Origin: Eledone cirrhosa
Taxonomy: Eukaryota
Assembly (NCBI GenBank): GCA_964016885.1
Contig: OZ024747.1
Coordinates: 90,458,001 to 90,522,000, forward strand
Length of the DNA: 64,000 nucleotides
Direction of reading: 5' to 3'
The notes beneath the pieces are model-generated. The model made no database searches, was not told the DNA's origin, and saw only the letters and a list, made by a program, of their open reading frames with translations. This document shows positions 41,704 through 54,164 of this stretch, in pieces. How positions within the stretch are numbered: position 1 is the stretch's first letter; every line of letters begins with the position of its first letter. The translations under genes were made by a program, and so were the position numbers.

Positions 41704-42111
41704 TATATATATATATATATACATATATACATATATAACATATATATATATACATATATAACATATATATACATATATATACATATATACATATATACAT
41801 ATATAATATATATATATAACTTTTATGCAAGTAATCTCAGTTTTCATGGGATCAACTCATTTTAAATAAATGAGTGGATGCAGATAAAATAATTTCAAAA
41901 TGTTGCAAACAAAATTAAACATGTATAGCATATTCAAATAACTCTTACTGGAAACTTCAAATAGACAAAACGGACATCAAACAAGAGTCTGACACAGAAG
42001 TTATACTTTGAATGCAGGCATAAAGGAAAATAGATAAAATGAGTCTGCATTTGATGAGGGGAAATAGAAAGCAAGAAAATTAAAGCTTATAAACTAACAA
42101 GCTGTGTGTAT

Positions 42112-42184
<73 letters not shown>

Positions 42185-42319
42185 TATATATATCTCTATA
42201 TATATATGCACACATACATACACACACATGTATATATGTGAGTGAAACCTGGAAAATGACTGCTAAAATTCTTTAGAAGCTCAACATTTTCCAATAAAGA
42301 TACCTCAAGAAAAATCTTG

Positions 42320-42620
42320 AAAAATCACTTATCAAGACCAGATTACTAATGTAATGGTGCTGAAGAGAAGTAGTAGACTGACACCATCACTAAAAGGCAC
42401 CTGAAACTGACTGAACACATTCTGGAACTTCTGTAGCAATGAGATGGATCCCAGGCAATGGTCATCGGAAAAATGGAAGGCCCAAGAAAACCTGGTACTC
42501 AACTTTCAAAGATCTCCAGACTGGAAAACTAAGCAAGATGCTACAGCTGATTATGTAAGTTGGAGAAGATTCATTGCCCAATATGCCCCAGAGCACAGGA
42601 GGACCTAAGACTAAAACTAA
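42320..42620 (+). mobile_element. Old RTE-like LINE 3' fragment
   Basis: Degenerate GHILRL/RKNGRPKKTW-like codons and the terminal GGAGGACCTAAGACTAA. Confidence 0.55.
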
Positions 42621-42963
42621 TATATATATATATATATATATATTATTCAAAATATTAATAAATGAAAAGTATTCTCATAACCAAAATATATATTTTATTA
42701 TACATATTTCAAAGGTACAATGGTGTTTAAGTACGTTTTCATCATATAAAATATCTGAGAGATTGGATATGCAACATACCGCCAAGATTTTGATTATTCC
42801 TGTAGTGGTAGTGATTTATTTCACCAACCCTCAACGTTTTTATACCACAAATAATATGATAAACTTAGAGAAGAAGAGGACGTAGAGCAAGGTAGAAATA
42901 TATAAGGTGAGTTGAGAGGGAAAATTGTATTCGTTGAATAATCAACGAACCATATAAACTTCG

Positions 42964-43006
<43 letters not shown>

Positions 43007-43499
43007 CCACACATAATTACTCCACCTCACAAAATTGCAAGTTCACTTTTATGGCAACAATTCAGCTCCAACCAGCTCTAGCCTCTTTGATGATCTGGAC
43101 CAGCGTCCGTCACACTGTACAATAGACCCTGTTAAATTTAGCACCCTATATGCATTCATTGATGCCTATAATCATGCAGTGAATCATGAAAGTAGGCCCT
43201 ATATATCCCAACTTAGTCATAGGATTCCTTGAACAAAAGATTCACAGCCAATCTCTGTTACTATGTAGAGACACATTTCACAATTCATATCTTTTGCTCT
43301 GGCAGCAGTTCGTTTGTCCTCCCCTTTTGCCTGCCTTTTATTGTATGTGGTCCTAGATGTGTGTATTACTTCTCCTGTTTTTTTTCTCCTTGTTTTCCTT
43401 TTTCCTTTCTGTCTTTTTTATTCTTTTTATTTGTAATATTATGTTGACAGTTATGCCTTAATAAATCAATTAATATGTATATAAAAAGAAATAATAAAT

Positions 43500-44047
43500 A
43501 ATTGTTTCTACTTTAGGCACAAGGCCAACAATTATCCCAGTGCATTACTGGTACTTTATTTTATCGACCCCGTAAGGATGAAAGGCAAAGTTAACCTCGG
43601 CGGAATTTGAACTCAGAATGGCAAGGGCCGTAACTATGCGTAAAAGCATGGCGTCCGACCCTCTACCAATACTGCCAATCCACCAAAGAAATAATAATTG
43701 TTTCTACTTTTGGCACAAGGCATGCAATTATCCCAGAGCATTACTGGTACTTTATGAAATAATAAATAATAATAAAAAGGTATCATGATGATTGTTTTAT
43801 CTTATGGCAGGAAAACTTTGATACACTCACATAATTCGAGAATATAATTAATAGCCTTAATCATATAATTGTTTCTACTTTTGGCACAAGGCCAGCAATT
43901 ACCCAGTACATTACTGGTACTTTATTTTATCAACCCCATAAGGATGAAAGGCAAAGTTAACCTTGGTGGGATTTGAACTCAGACTGTAAAAGGCCATAAC
44001 TCTATGCTACAAAGCATGGTGTCTGATGCTCTACCAATACTGCCAAA
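43500..44047 (-). mobile_element. Cluster of Meta-domain SINEs (43500-43684, partial 43697-43755, 43867-44047)
   Basis: Reverse complements of the 44631 family. Confidence 0.85.
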
Positions 44048-44187
44048 TCCTTAATCATATAATAATATCCAATTCACAATGGAGTTTAATATCCACACAA
44101 AACACACACACACATAAAACTACTATCTGGACCATTACTATGAATGGGAAGAGCATTTTCTATTTTTAAAGGTACACATACACACAG

Positions 44188-44238
<51 letters not shown>

Positions 44239-44258
44239 CACACACACACACACGCGCG

Positions 44259-44329
<71 letters not shown>

Positions 44330-44630
44330 ACACATACAAGACAAAAGAAAAAGTCTATATCCATTATTTACCTTTTTCAGTTTCTTTCACAAACCCCAAA
44401 CACTGACCTTTTGTCAAAATTGAAGCCAATCCACCTTAACATTTAGCACGCTGAATTGTTTTTATGAATTGCTTCCCTTGACACTGCATTATGTATTAAA
44501 GGGAGATTGCTCTATTGGCGACATATATCGCCAACAGTACCCAGAGTGTTAATACCCACATAAAACACACACACAAACAACAAAAATACCATCTCCACCA
44601 TTATTATGAATAAGAGCATTATTATGGATA

Positions 44631-44820
44631 GGGCGGTGGATTGGCAGTATCGGTAGAGGGTCGGACGCCATGCTTTCTAGCATAGTTACGTCCCTTTACA
44701 ATCTGAGTTCAAATCCCGCCGAAGTTGACTTTGCCTTTCATCCTTACGGGGTCGATAAAATAAAGTACCAGTAATGCACTGGGTAATTGCTGGCCTTGTG
44801 CCTAAAGTAGAAACAATTAT
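44631..44820 (+). mobile_element. Full-length Meta-domain tRNA SINE
   Basis: tRNA-like head (TGGCAGTATCGG ... GAGTTCAAATCC), core GCCTTTCATCCTTACGGGGTCGATAAA and an AT-rich tail. Confidence 0.88.
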
Positions 44821-45254
44821 GAATAAGAGCATTTTCTATGTTTAACCAAGTGATTTCAATTGAATCCTCACCTATTGAACTCCACCTCTACCCTCACCTC
44901 CACACCTTCATAAAGAACATATATAAAAGAAGAAATTTTAACAGAAAATCCATGTATATTATATTCAAACAGTTCACAAAATACATGAAACAATTTTTCT
45001 AAATAGTTAATATTTGATACGATTGTAATACCAGTTGAAACCAGTTTTATTTAATGCATCAATTATAAAATTATTCATTCTGTCGGATTAAAGAAAAAGT
45101 AATCTTTAAATATACTTCTGAGTTTTTTCACCTTCACTTTTTAACTATAAATATATATATATTATCATCATCATCGTTTAATGTCTATCTTCCACACTAA
45201 TATGAGTTTAGACGGGGGTATATAGTTATGTAATAAACAACATAAGATAATTAT

Positions 45255-45316
45255 TTCATTTACCAGTGGTTTCTTGAAGACAGATATTTATGTCTGTCTT
45301 CATTCACCAGAAGAAA
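45255..45316 (-). ncRNA. Degenerate hammerhead motif (24702 family, different stem II)
   Basis: CTGGTGA-A-TGAAGACAGA(8 nt)TCTGTCTTCA-A-GAAA-CCACTGG-TA-AATGAA. Confidence 0.55.
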
Positions 45317-45419
45317 AGTTATTTATGAAATTGAAATAGTAATAGGGATTTGAAAACAGAGTATAGGATAAATGAAAGTGAGGCGCACACTCTCTTTTCT
45401 ATGGAAATGCTTCATTTAT

Positions 45420-45635
45420 ATCATCATCATCATCATCACCGTTTTACGTCCGTTCTTCCATGCTAGCATGGGTTAGACGGGTTGTCCTGTTGTGGGCAGT
45501 GTCTGGTCGGCTGACCATGCCTTGCTCATACAGGAACTGATCTGGCTTGATTTCTACAGCTGGATGCCCTTCCTAACTCCAACCTCATTTACAGTGAGTG
45601 CTGGGTGCTTTTTCCATGGCGCCTACACGTCCACA
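45420..45635 (-). mobile_element. Short 3' end of RTE family A
   Basis: Near-identical to 34890-35103. Confidence 0.9.
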
Positions 45636-46080
45636 TATATATTTAACTATAAATATATATAAATATATATTTATGTATGTATATATGTAACTATGTGTGT
45701 TGTCCTGGGTATGACATTAAACTGCATTCAGTGGCAAGGCTCCAGTTCGGAAGATTGGGAGATCGGGAGTTCAGGAGCTGTGGAGAATGTGGAGTTACCC
45801 CTTAGTTGTTATCACTCCCAGGTCTGTTCTGGCCCAGAGTAGCAGTACCTGTTAGGACCCTCTTTATGGGTTAAATAATTACCTTAATCGAGTGGCGCCG
45901 GCAAGGTATTATCAGCCATTGAAAAGAAAAGATAGATGTATGTATGTAAGTATGCATGTATGTATGTGGGTTTGTAAGTATGTATGTATGTATCTATATA
46001 TGTCTATGTGTCTAATCCATGCAACCATGGAGAGAATAGATGTAAAACAGTGATTATGTTGATTTCATGATATATATATA

Positions 46081-46160
46081 CAGGGTGTCCTCCAAAAAAT
46101 GTATGCACACTTCAATAGAATTCTAATAAAAATGTGTATACATTTTTGGGAGACACCCTG
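46081..46160. mobile_element. 80-bp Tc1/mariner-type MITE
   Basis: TA|CAGGGTGTC...GACACCCTG|TA, with ~30-bp imperfect TIRs. Confidence 0.8.
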
Positions 46161-46191
<31 letters not shown>

Positions 46192-46233
46192 TGCCCCCTC
46201 GTTATCGAGTATGGGCATTGCACGAGAAAAAGA

Positions 46234-46270
<37 letters not shown>

Positions 46271-46371
46271 AAAAATAAAATAAGATAAAAAAAAGAAATA
46301 TATATATATATATATATACACACATACATATACATATATACACATATATATATATACACACACATATACAT

Positions 46372-46378
46372 TAATAAC

Positions 46379-46410
<32 letters not shown>

Positions 46411-47527
46411 CAATAATAATGTTTTCTTTATTAACCACAAAGGTTTACATAAAGTAGACATTAAGGACAGTACAGGACAATACAGGACGGTACAAATGGG
46501 CATTTCTGCGTGTAAAAAAAAACAGAGGATGTAATAAAATAACAAAGAAAAATTCCCCAATAGGGGGAGACTTCCGATGGACATTTGTGGAGAAAGCCCA
46601 TTAAAAGACCACAGTGACCCTGACCACCAGGGCAAGTGCCCTCTCCCAGCTTTCCACCTTTAATTTATAAACCCACAAGTCAGCAATGCTCGGACACTGG
46701 ACCAGTGCGTGCAGGACGGTTTCGTCGCCCTGTGCGCATCTCGGACATGCCCGGCTGATGGCACCTCCATGCCTGTAGAGTTTATCCCAAACTGGCAAAG
46801 CTCCCCGGTAGCACTGCCAGGCCAGGGATTTCTGGAAGTTGTCCATAGGTCCCGGCCCGAAAGTCCTTCCGAAGAGATTGGCTAGTTGATTTTCGTCGAC
46901 GCCCAGAGTTTCTCCAAGTACGTCGTCGCTCTTCCCCTCCACTAATCCTCTATAGAACGCCAAGGTGGAGTTTCCACCGATCACATTGCCCGATTGGTCG
47001 AGGGCTGTGAGCGCCTGAAGACATTCCAGTCTCCAAGCGCTCCCTCTCGGTCTTCGTTTGACCCAGGACTGCAGCTCCGTCAAGGAGACTATCTGGGGAA
47101 AGACGTGTCTAGCAAACGGCGACCACACCTGATCACCGTCGAGGAAGAGGTGGAGATGTCGTAGCCTGAGCGCGTGTCTGCGCATCATCAGCCACGGCAT
47201 GCCCAGCCCTCCACGTAGTGGGTGTTGACAGCAGATGGACCGCCTGACCATCGCAGCGCGTCCCTTCAACAAAAAGCGAAAGAGCAAACGCTCCAGCGCA
47301 GTCAGGCGGGGCTTAGAACAAGGTACGACGGTCAGGCGGTAGTAGATGACGGACGCGATGTACGCGTTAGCCACCTCCGCTCGACCTTTCAGGGATAGCT
47401 TCCTCTCCGCCCATTTCTGGGTGAGAGAAGCCACCCTGCTCGTCACCTCGTCCCAGTTTTTGTCCGTCTGGAGGTCCGGACCGAACCAGACCCCTAGCAA
47501 TTTAACCAGTCCGCCAGATCGCTGCCA
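46372..47527 (-). mobile_element. L1/Tx1-clade LINE 3' fragment
   Basis: KLLGVWF, WAERKLSLKGR, GGLGMP, zf-RVT CPRC...ETVLHALVQC, and a (TTA)n tail. Confidence 0.9.
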
Positions 47528-48296
47528 TGCACAACAATAATAATATACATATACATATATACATACACACACACGCACACACATAAACATATCTATACAC
47601 ACACACGATAGCAACTAACAGCGTTGCGATCGAATGTGGCTTTTTAGCCCAGCCAATGATCTAAAATGTCTTGCACATCGAGGGTGCTTAGAGATAGGAC
47701 AACATACGCTGTCTTTTCGTGGAGTAAGTTTTTAATTAATTTTTGTATTCTGAACATCAAAATACAACAATTTTTTGGTCACTGGACTCGGGAATGTCAC
47801 GACAGAAGTTTGTGGAAGTTACACAAATATTTTCGTATATTTTACCAGAGCAATCCTCTTTTATATTTTACATATTACATTTACTTACATCTCAATATAA
47901 CATGGCTAAAATTCAAATTTTGCAAAGAGAAGAAAACGGACAAATGAACTAGATACATCTCACTGTCCCCCACCACCACAATAACGTCTACACTCTCTCC
48001 CCACCATCACATGTCATTACCCTATCTAGACTAAAGTCACCGACCTGTTGTCAAACTCTCTACTCTGTGTTGAATGTGTATAAATATATATATATATATA
48101 TATGCAAAAGTTTTTATTATTTTTTCTCCTTCTTTCTTTTCCTCCCACCTCTCTATCTCTCTCTCTCTGTTTTCTCCTCATCTCCATTTTTTTTCTTTCA
48201 GTCTGCCTCTTCTCTAACTGTGCTTAACACTATAACTAAATAATTACCGTACTCCCTCCCTCTTAAATCTCCCAATTTGTATGATGAATTATTATT

Positions 48297-48487
48297 TGTG
48301 GATTGGCAGTATCGGTAGAGAGTCGGACGCCATGCTTTCCAGCATAGTTACGTCCTCCCTTTACAGTCTGAGTTCAAATCCCGCCGAGGTTAACTTTGCC
48401 TTTCATCCTTACGGGGTCGATAAAATAAAGTACCAGTAATGTACTGGGTAATTGATGGCCTTGTGCCAAAAGTAGAAACAATTATTA
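48297..48487 (+). mobile_element. Meta-domain tRNA SINE
   Basis: Homologous to 44631-44820. Confidence 0.87.
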
Positions 48488-48722
48488 TTCATCTGTTGCC
48501 TTCGGTTGCCTCTTTTTTTTACCTCCTCTTTCTCACTCCCCTATTTCTCTCTATTTCTCTCTGTTTTTCTTTACATACATTTCTTCTTTCTCTCCGTCTT
48601 TATTTGTAACTGTGATTAACACTAAATATTTATAAACACTTCACTACCAAGCCAGCCTCCTACCTTAATGGTCGCTATATTTATGGTACGTTAAAATTAT
48701 TTATAAAACTGGTTATATATTG

Positions 48723-48788
48723 TATTTTATCTGACGAAGGCATGCCATATTTTTAATATGGTATCCCTGAAATATGTATAATGAAATA
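48723..48788 (+). ncRNA. Minimal hammerhead motif (51266 family)
   Basis: TATTTTAT-CTGACGA-AGGCATGCCATATT(TTT)AATATGGTATCCCT-GAAA-TATGTA-TA-ATGAAATA. Confidence 0.72.
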
Positions 48789-48828
48789 AATATGGTTTTA
48801 TAAATATAGTTTCCATTTGTTTAATATC

Positions 48829-48966
<138 letters not shown>

Positions 48967-49744
48967 CGTCGGTAAACAAACTTTTGAACAGCAAAATTGA
49001 ACGTTCTCTATACTGTAACCATCGTTTGAAAACGACTTTTTCTTTTTTTAAATGCATATAATGTTACCTTTTTACACCAACGTTTGCAAATTTCTGTCTT
49101 ATATGTTTATACACTAGATATGGCTTTCTATAATAATAGTACTAAACACTGTTTTTCTGGACCCCTTTAGAAATAACCTGCTACTATAATAGCCCTAATA
49201 ACTTGTCTGTGACATTGTACCACTTTGACCCCTCTAACTAAATTTTGTCCGAACAACACCACTAGAAGTATCTACTTCCCAGCCAACCTTAGCACGCCTC
49301 ATTAAGCTAACTGCTGCCAAAACATTCTCTCTTCACAATCTCTACTAGTCTGACAGTCTTAAACCCTAAGACTCCCTCCACCTTACTCACTTCCCTCTTC
49401 CCCTTCTCTTCCTACCTCCTTCTTTATCTTTTATCTAGTGTATAAAATATTTTCATATCATTCTAATACAAAGGTCTGATGGCATGGTGTGTTGGCTTAC
49501 AGTGTACTTTCGGTTTTTGATAATATTTGTGTATTATTCAAATAGCGAGGTATAGGTAACTCATACACTATAGAAACAATTGTTACCTAATAAATTCTAT
49601 ATACCCGCATTTCCATTTCGTAAATTTTTTCTCCATATTTTCTCCGGATTTTAAAACACACTTTATTATACGTTGAGCAATCTCTGACGTCAGTTGACTC
49701 CATCCAATGCAACTACTTAGTAACATTGGAATACAAATTATCTA

Positions 49745-49819
<75 letters not shown>

Positions 49820-49946
49820 AAAGTTATATTTAAATTGTTGGGTTACAACTAGTAAATATTTATAACTGATATAAAAGCACTCAACAAGTATTTGGAGTAT
49901 ATTTACGATATTAAATAAATGGAAACTATATTTATAAAACCATATT

Positions 49947-50012
49947 TATTTCATTATATATATTTCAGGGATATCATATTAACAATATGTTATGCCTTCT
50001 TCAGACAAAATA
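49947..50012 (-). ncRNA. Minimal hammerhead motif
   Basis: Inverse of 51266-51331. Confidence 0.72.
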
Positions 50013-51265
50013 CAATATAGACAGTTTTATAGATAAATAGATTTGACATACCGTTCAACATCGACTTGTATTTGAAAAAGTTGATTTGGCAGTGAAAAAT
50101 TGTAAACAGAAAGAAAAAAAGAAAGAAAGAAAGAAGGAAAGAAAGAAAACGAAGAAAAAGAAGAAAAAGAAGAAATGCATGCAACAAAATAGAGAGATGG
50201 AAAGATAGATAAAGAGAAGAACTTCATGTAAAGAAACAGAGAGAGATATATAGAGAGAGGAAATAGATAGAGATAGATATATATAGAGAAAAGTAGGTAG
50301 TAGAACGACGTATCAATGATACATTTATTTATTTATTTATTTATTTAGCTCTAGTATTAATGTAAGGGAGATATACGTGGTTAGGACAGAAACCAGCCGT
50401 TATATAGAGAGAAAAATGAAAAGTAACCAGACATAGGTGAGGCAGAATTTAAAAACCCTATGTTTTAATGTAGAAATATTAGTTCGTATAAAAACCAGGC
50501 ACTATAATGTAAATATCAGTATTCCTGAATGAGACACGTATCTATAATGTGTGAAAAGTAATGATCTTATGTCTAGTTTTAAAAATTCATATGTTTATAA
50601 AATAGCACAATGAGAATGTTCTCCGTGTGAAATAGGGGTTTGCAGAGTTGATCACGTAAATTCACATCGATGTTTGTAGTTATCATATAAACATATGAAT
50701 TTTTAAAACTAGACATAAGATCATTACTTTTCACACATTATAGATACGTGTCTCATTCAGGAATACTGATATTTACATTATAGTGCCTGGTTTTTATACG
50801 AACTAATATTTCTACATTAAAACATAGGGTTTTTAAATTCTGCCTCGCCTATGTCTGGTTACTTTTCATTTTTCTCTATATATAACGGCTGGTTTCTTTC
50901 CTAACCACGTATATCTCCCTTACATTAATACTAGAGCTAAATAAATAAATAAATAAATAAATGTATCATTGATACGTCGTTCTACTACCTACTTTTCTCT
51001 ATATATATCTATCTCTATCTATTTCCTCTCTATATATCTCTCTCTGTTTCTTTACATGAAGTTCTTCTCTTTATCTATCTTTCCATCTCTCTATTTTGTT
51101 GCATGCATTTCTTCTTTTTCTTCGTTTTCTTTCTTTCTTTCCTTCTTTCTTTCTTTCTTTTTTTCTTTCTGTTTACAATTTTTCACTGCCAAATCAACTT
51201 TTTCAAATACAAGTCGATGTTGAACGGTATGTCAAATCTATTTATCTATAAAACTGTCTATATTG

Positions 51266-51331
51266 TATTTTGTCTGAAGAAGGCATAACATATTGTTAAT
51301 ATGATATCCCTGAAATATATATAATGAAATA
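51266..51331 (+). ncRNA. Minimal hammerhead motif
   Basis: TATTTTGT-CTGAAGA-AGGCATAACATATT(GTT)AATATGATATCCCT-GAAA-TATATA-TA-ATGAAATA. Confidence 0.75.
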
Positions 51332-51579
51332 AATATGGTTTTATAAATATAGTTTCCATTTATTTAATATCGTATATATATATATATATATGTGTGTATA
51401 AACATCACTCAGTCAAACGACCAGATTTCAACCCCAACATCTACAACACCGGCACTAATGTTTACAGCAACAACAGCTTCAGAATGAATTGAAATGAACA
51501 TTTACAACAACAACAGCGGCATCAAACGATAAAAAACAACAACAACAAACAAACAAAAAAAACTCAAAATATATATATA

Positions 51580-52195
51580 CATGGTGGTGGCTGCCAACTC
51601 GTTTTCGAGTACGGCCACTACTTTATATCCATGTAGGAGAACCCCCACCGATGCGCTGAACGAGTGACATTTTAGTCCAGCCAGCAACTTGAAAACTCTG
51701 GTACAAACACTACACTTGTGACAATTACTGACACATAGTGCTGGGCACATGGTACCATGTGATGACAAGTGCAGAGAGATCTCCAGATATAAAGCAATGC
51801 CTGTGCCGTGAAGCTTTTATAGTGAGCAAAGGCACTGCACAAAGCCAGTCCCACTCTCTTAACCAAGATGATATTTACCAAAAAGAAGAACAAGTCAACA
51901 TCATTGGATACCATCAGGGTTGCAGGTGTTATATCAGAGTTTTCCTTCTCCTAGAATTCTGCCTTGACAAAGGCTAAGGGGTCATCTCTCCAGGTGATTT
52001 TGGATGGCCATTGACTCTTAAGAGCTCCTTTGCCCTTTGACAGGTTTTGTTTTTAGTCCTGCAGGATGTCCAAAGTCACCCTCCTCACCAAGAAACCTTG
52101 GTGGGGTTGCCAGTTTAGTATCCAACGACCCGACCATGAGACAGGTTGTAGTGGGATACATGTTACCAGTAGCACCAACTGGTGACCTGACATAG
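51580..52195 (-). mobile_element. Non-autonomous RTE-like element
   Basis: Homologue of 17790-18352, with a longer 5' end. Confidence 0.7.
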
Positions 52196-52450
52196 CGAAG
52201 GTTCGTTTTCTCGGCGGGACACCGCTCTGCAACCTGCGGACACCGCGCGCCATCCAGCCTGACGGGAAAGGGTCGCGACGACGGATCGAAGGGGAAGTGC
52301 GTCCGATGCCGGCACCCCGCGAATCGCAACGCCGGCGAGGCGGTCGGCTGTCGACCCGTCGAAAAGAGAGACCGCCGCCGACGATGACGGCGCCTTCAAA
52401 CAGCAGCGGACTGAGTCCCCTCGCGATCGCGGTGAACGGTCCTACCCGTT

Positions 52451-52507
<57 letters not shown>

Positions 52508-52511
<4 letters not shown>

Positions 52512-52790
52512 GGAAAAAATGAAACGAAATTTCATTTCTCACTCTTAGTACGGCTGTTACTTAAATATAAGTATGTATACGTACATACATATATGTATAC
52601 AGACGTACAGTAGTATGTATATATATATATACATACATGCACACATATATATATGTACGTATGGATTCACCGAACATTTATTATAATGCATTATAATAAA
52701 TGTTTGGTGAATCCATACGTACATATATATGTGTGCATATATGTATATATATATATACATACTACTGTACGTCTGTATACATACTTATAT
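52508..52790. mobile_element. Fold-back fragment of the 41006 family
   Basis: Palindrome centred on TTATAATGCATTATAA (about 52688). Confidence 0.8.
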
Positions 52791-52910
52791 ATATATATAT
52801 ATATATATATAAATATATATATATATTAAGATAAGCAGAACAAGTAAAATTCAATCAATTTTTCAAAATACATTAAAAAATATAATATAAATATTTACCT
52901 CTTCTAGTGG

Positions 52911-52989
52911 CCCTTACTGATCAGTTTCGCTTTGTAAAACCTCATAAATCCGATGGATTTATGATGGAAAACCAAAGCTCATCAGAGAA
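52911..52989 (-). ncRNA. Hammerhead motif with canonical core
   Basis: TTCT-CTGATGA-GCTTTG...TCATAAATCC(ATC)GGATTTATGA...CAAAGC-GAAA-CTGATCAG-TA-AGGG. Confidence 0.82.
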
Positions 52990-53242
52990 GCATTTTCCCT
53001 TCCTAGGGCTAAACGTCCCAGGAACGACAAAATATACAACCTCCTGCCAGCTAATAAAGGTCTGAAAGGTCGTAAAAGTGACCCGTATGTAAACTGGACC
53101 GAAGTAAAAGCGGGAAAATCAAAGACTTGCTGTCTACAATTACTACTAAAAAAATAGCAGCCAAGTAGAGCAACAGATTTGTTCTCAACGGACGGAGAAA
53201 AAGATAGAAGTTAATATGTCCAGGGATACTAGGTACCCCTAG

Positions 53243-53280
<38 letters not shown>

Positions 53281-53285
<5 letters not shown>

Positions 53286-53716
53286 AAAGATAGAGGTGTA
53301 ACACACAAGTTATTATATATTGGTAAACGGAATAGAAAATGCTGACAAATTGTTCACAGTTGAAAAATGGTTTAATTAGGAATAAAAGAGTATTAGTGAT
53401 TGTATGGGTTAGTATTCAGTTGTGGTTTTAAGTTTTTAAGTTTTTACCGGTTGCACATTTCTAAATGCTTTTCAAAAATAATTTTGAGATAGAGTGTCCG
53501 TGCTGTTTGCTCTGATCAGAGCAAACAGCACGGACACTCTATCTCAAAATTATTTTTGAAAAGCATTTGGAAATGCGCAACCGGTAAAAACTTAAAAACT
53601 TAAAACCACAACTGAATACTAACCCATACAATCACTAATACTCTTTTATTCCTAATTAAACCATTTTTCAACTGTGAACAATTTGTCAGCATTTTCTATT
53701 CCGTTTACCAATATAT
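53281..53716. mobile_element. Fold-back fragment: ~200-bp-arm palindrome with no spacer
   Basis: Centre CTCTGA|TCAGAG near 53515. Each arm has a hammerhead-like TTGAAAA...GCAA-CCGG-TA motif. Confidence 0.9.
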
Positions 53717-53941
53717 ATATATATATATATATATATTGTTATACCTGGGGAGGGTCATATTTGTGTAATATTGCCAGAATTAATAACAGAACACACTTAC
53801 TGTTTGGTTGGTTTTCGAGTTTCGCTTCTGTGTCCTTTATATCGGTAATCTAATTTATTCGGTCCTCAATGTTGCCATTGACTGACCAACGGTCAAAACT
53901 AATACAGATACAATATAGACACAAACACATATATATAGTTT

Positions 53942-53985
53942 ATCAAAGTTCTTTCGTTGCACATCTACAACATCGTCAGTGGTGC
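53942..53985 (-). ncRNA. Minimal hammerhead motif (PLE-2)
   Basis: ACCA-CTGACGA-T-GTTGTA(GATG)TGCAAC-GAAA-GAAC-TT-TGAT; one stem I mismatch. Confidence 0.7.
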
Positions 53986-54164
53986 TATTGTTTCCTCCCG
54001 TTGCATTGTATTTTCTACACCATCTTTATTTAGTCTGTTTATATATTTATTTATTTGTTTATTTTATTTTGTCTTCTTTGCGCATGCGTTTGCGTGTGTG
54101 TATAGTGTTTTGTTTGATGTGTGTTCTTGGTTGGGTGACTGTGTATTGGTTAATGTATTAATAA

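Larger units (their letters stand above)
49817..51373. mobile_element. Large fold-back PLE 3' fragment (~700-bp inverted arms)
   Basis: 49905-50598 is the inverse of 50686-51373; (TA)n at both ends. Confidence 0.9.
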
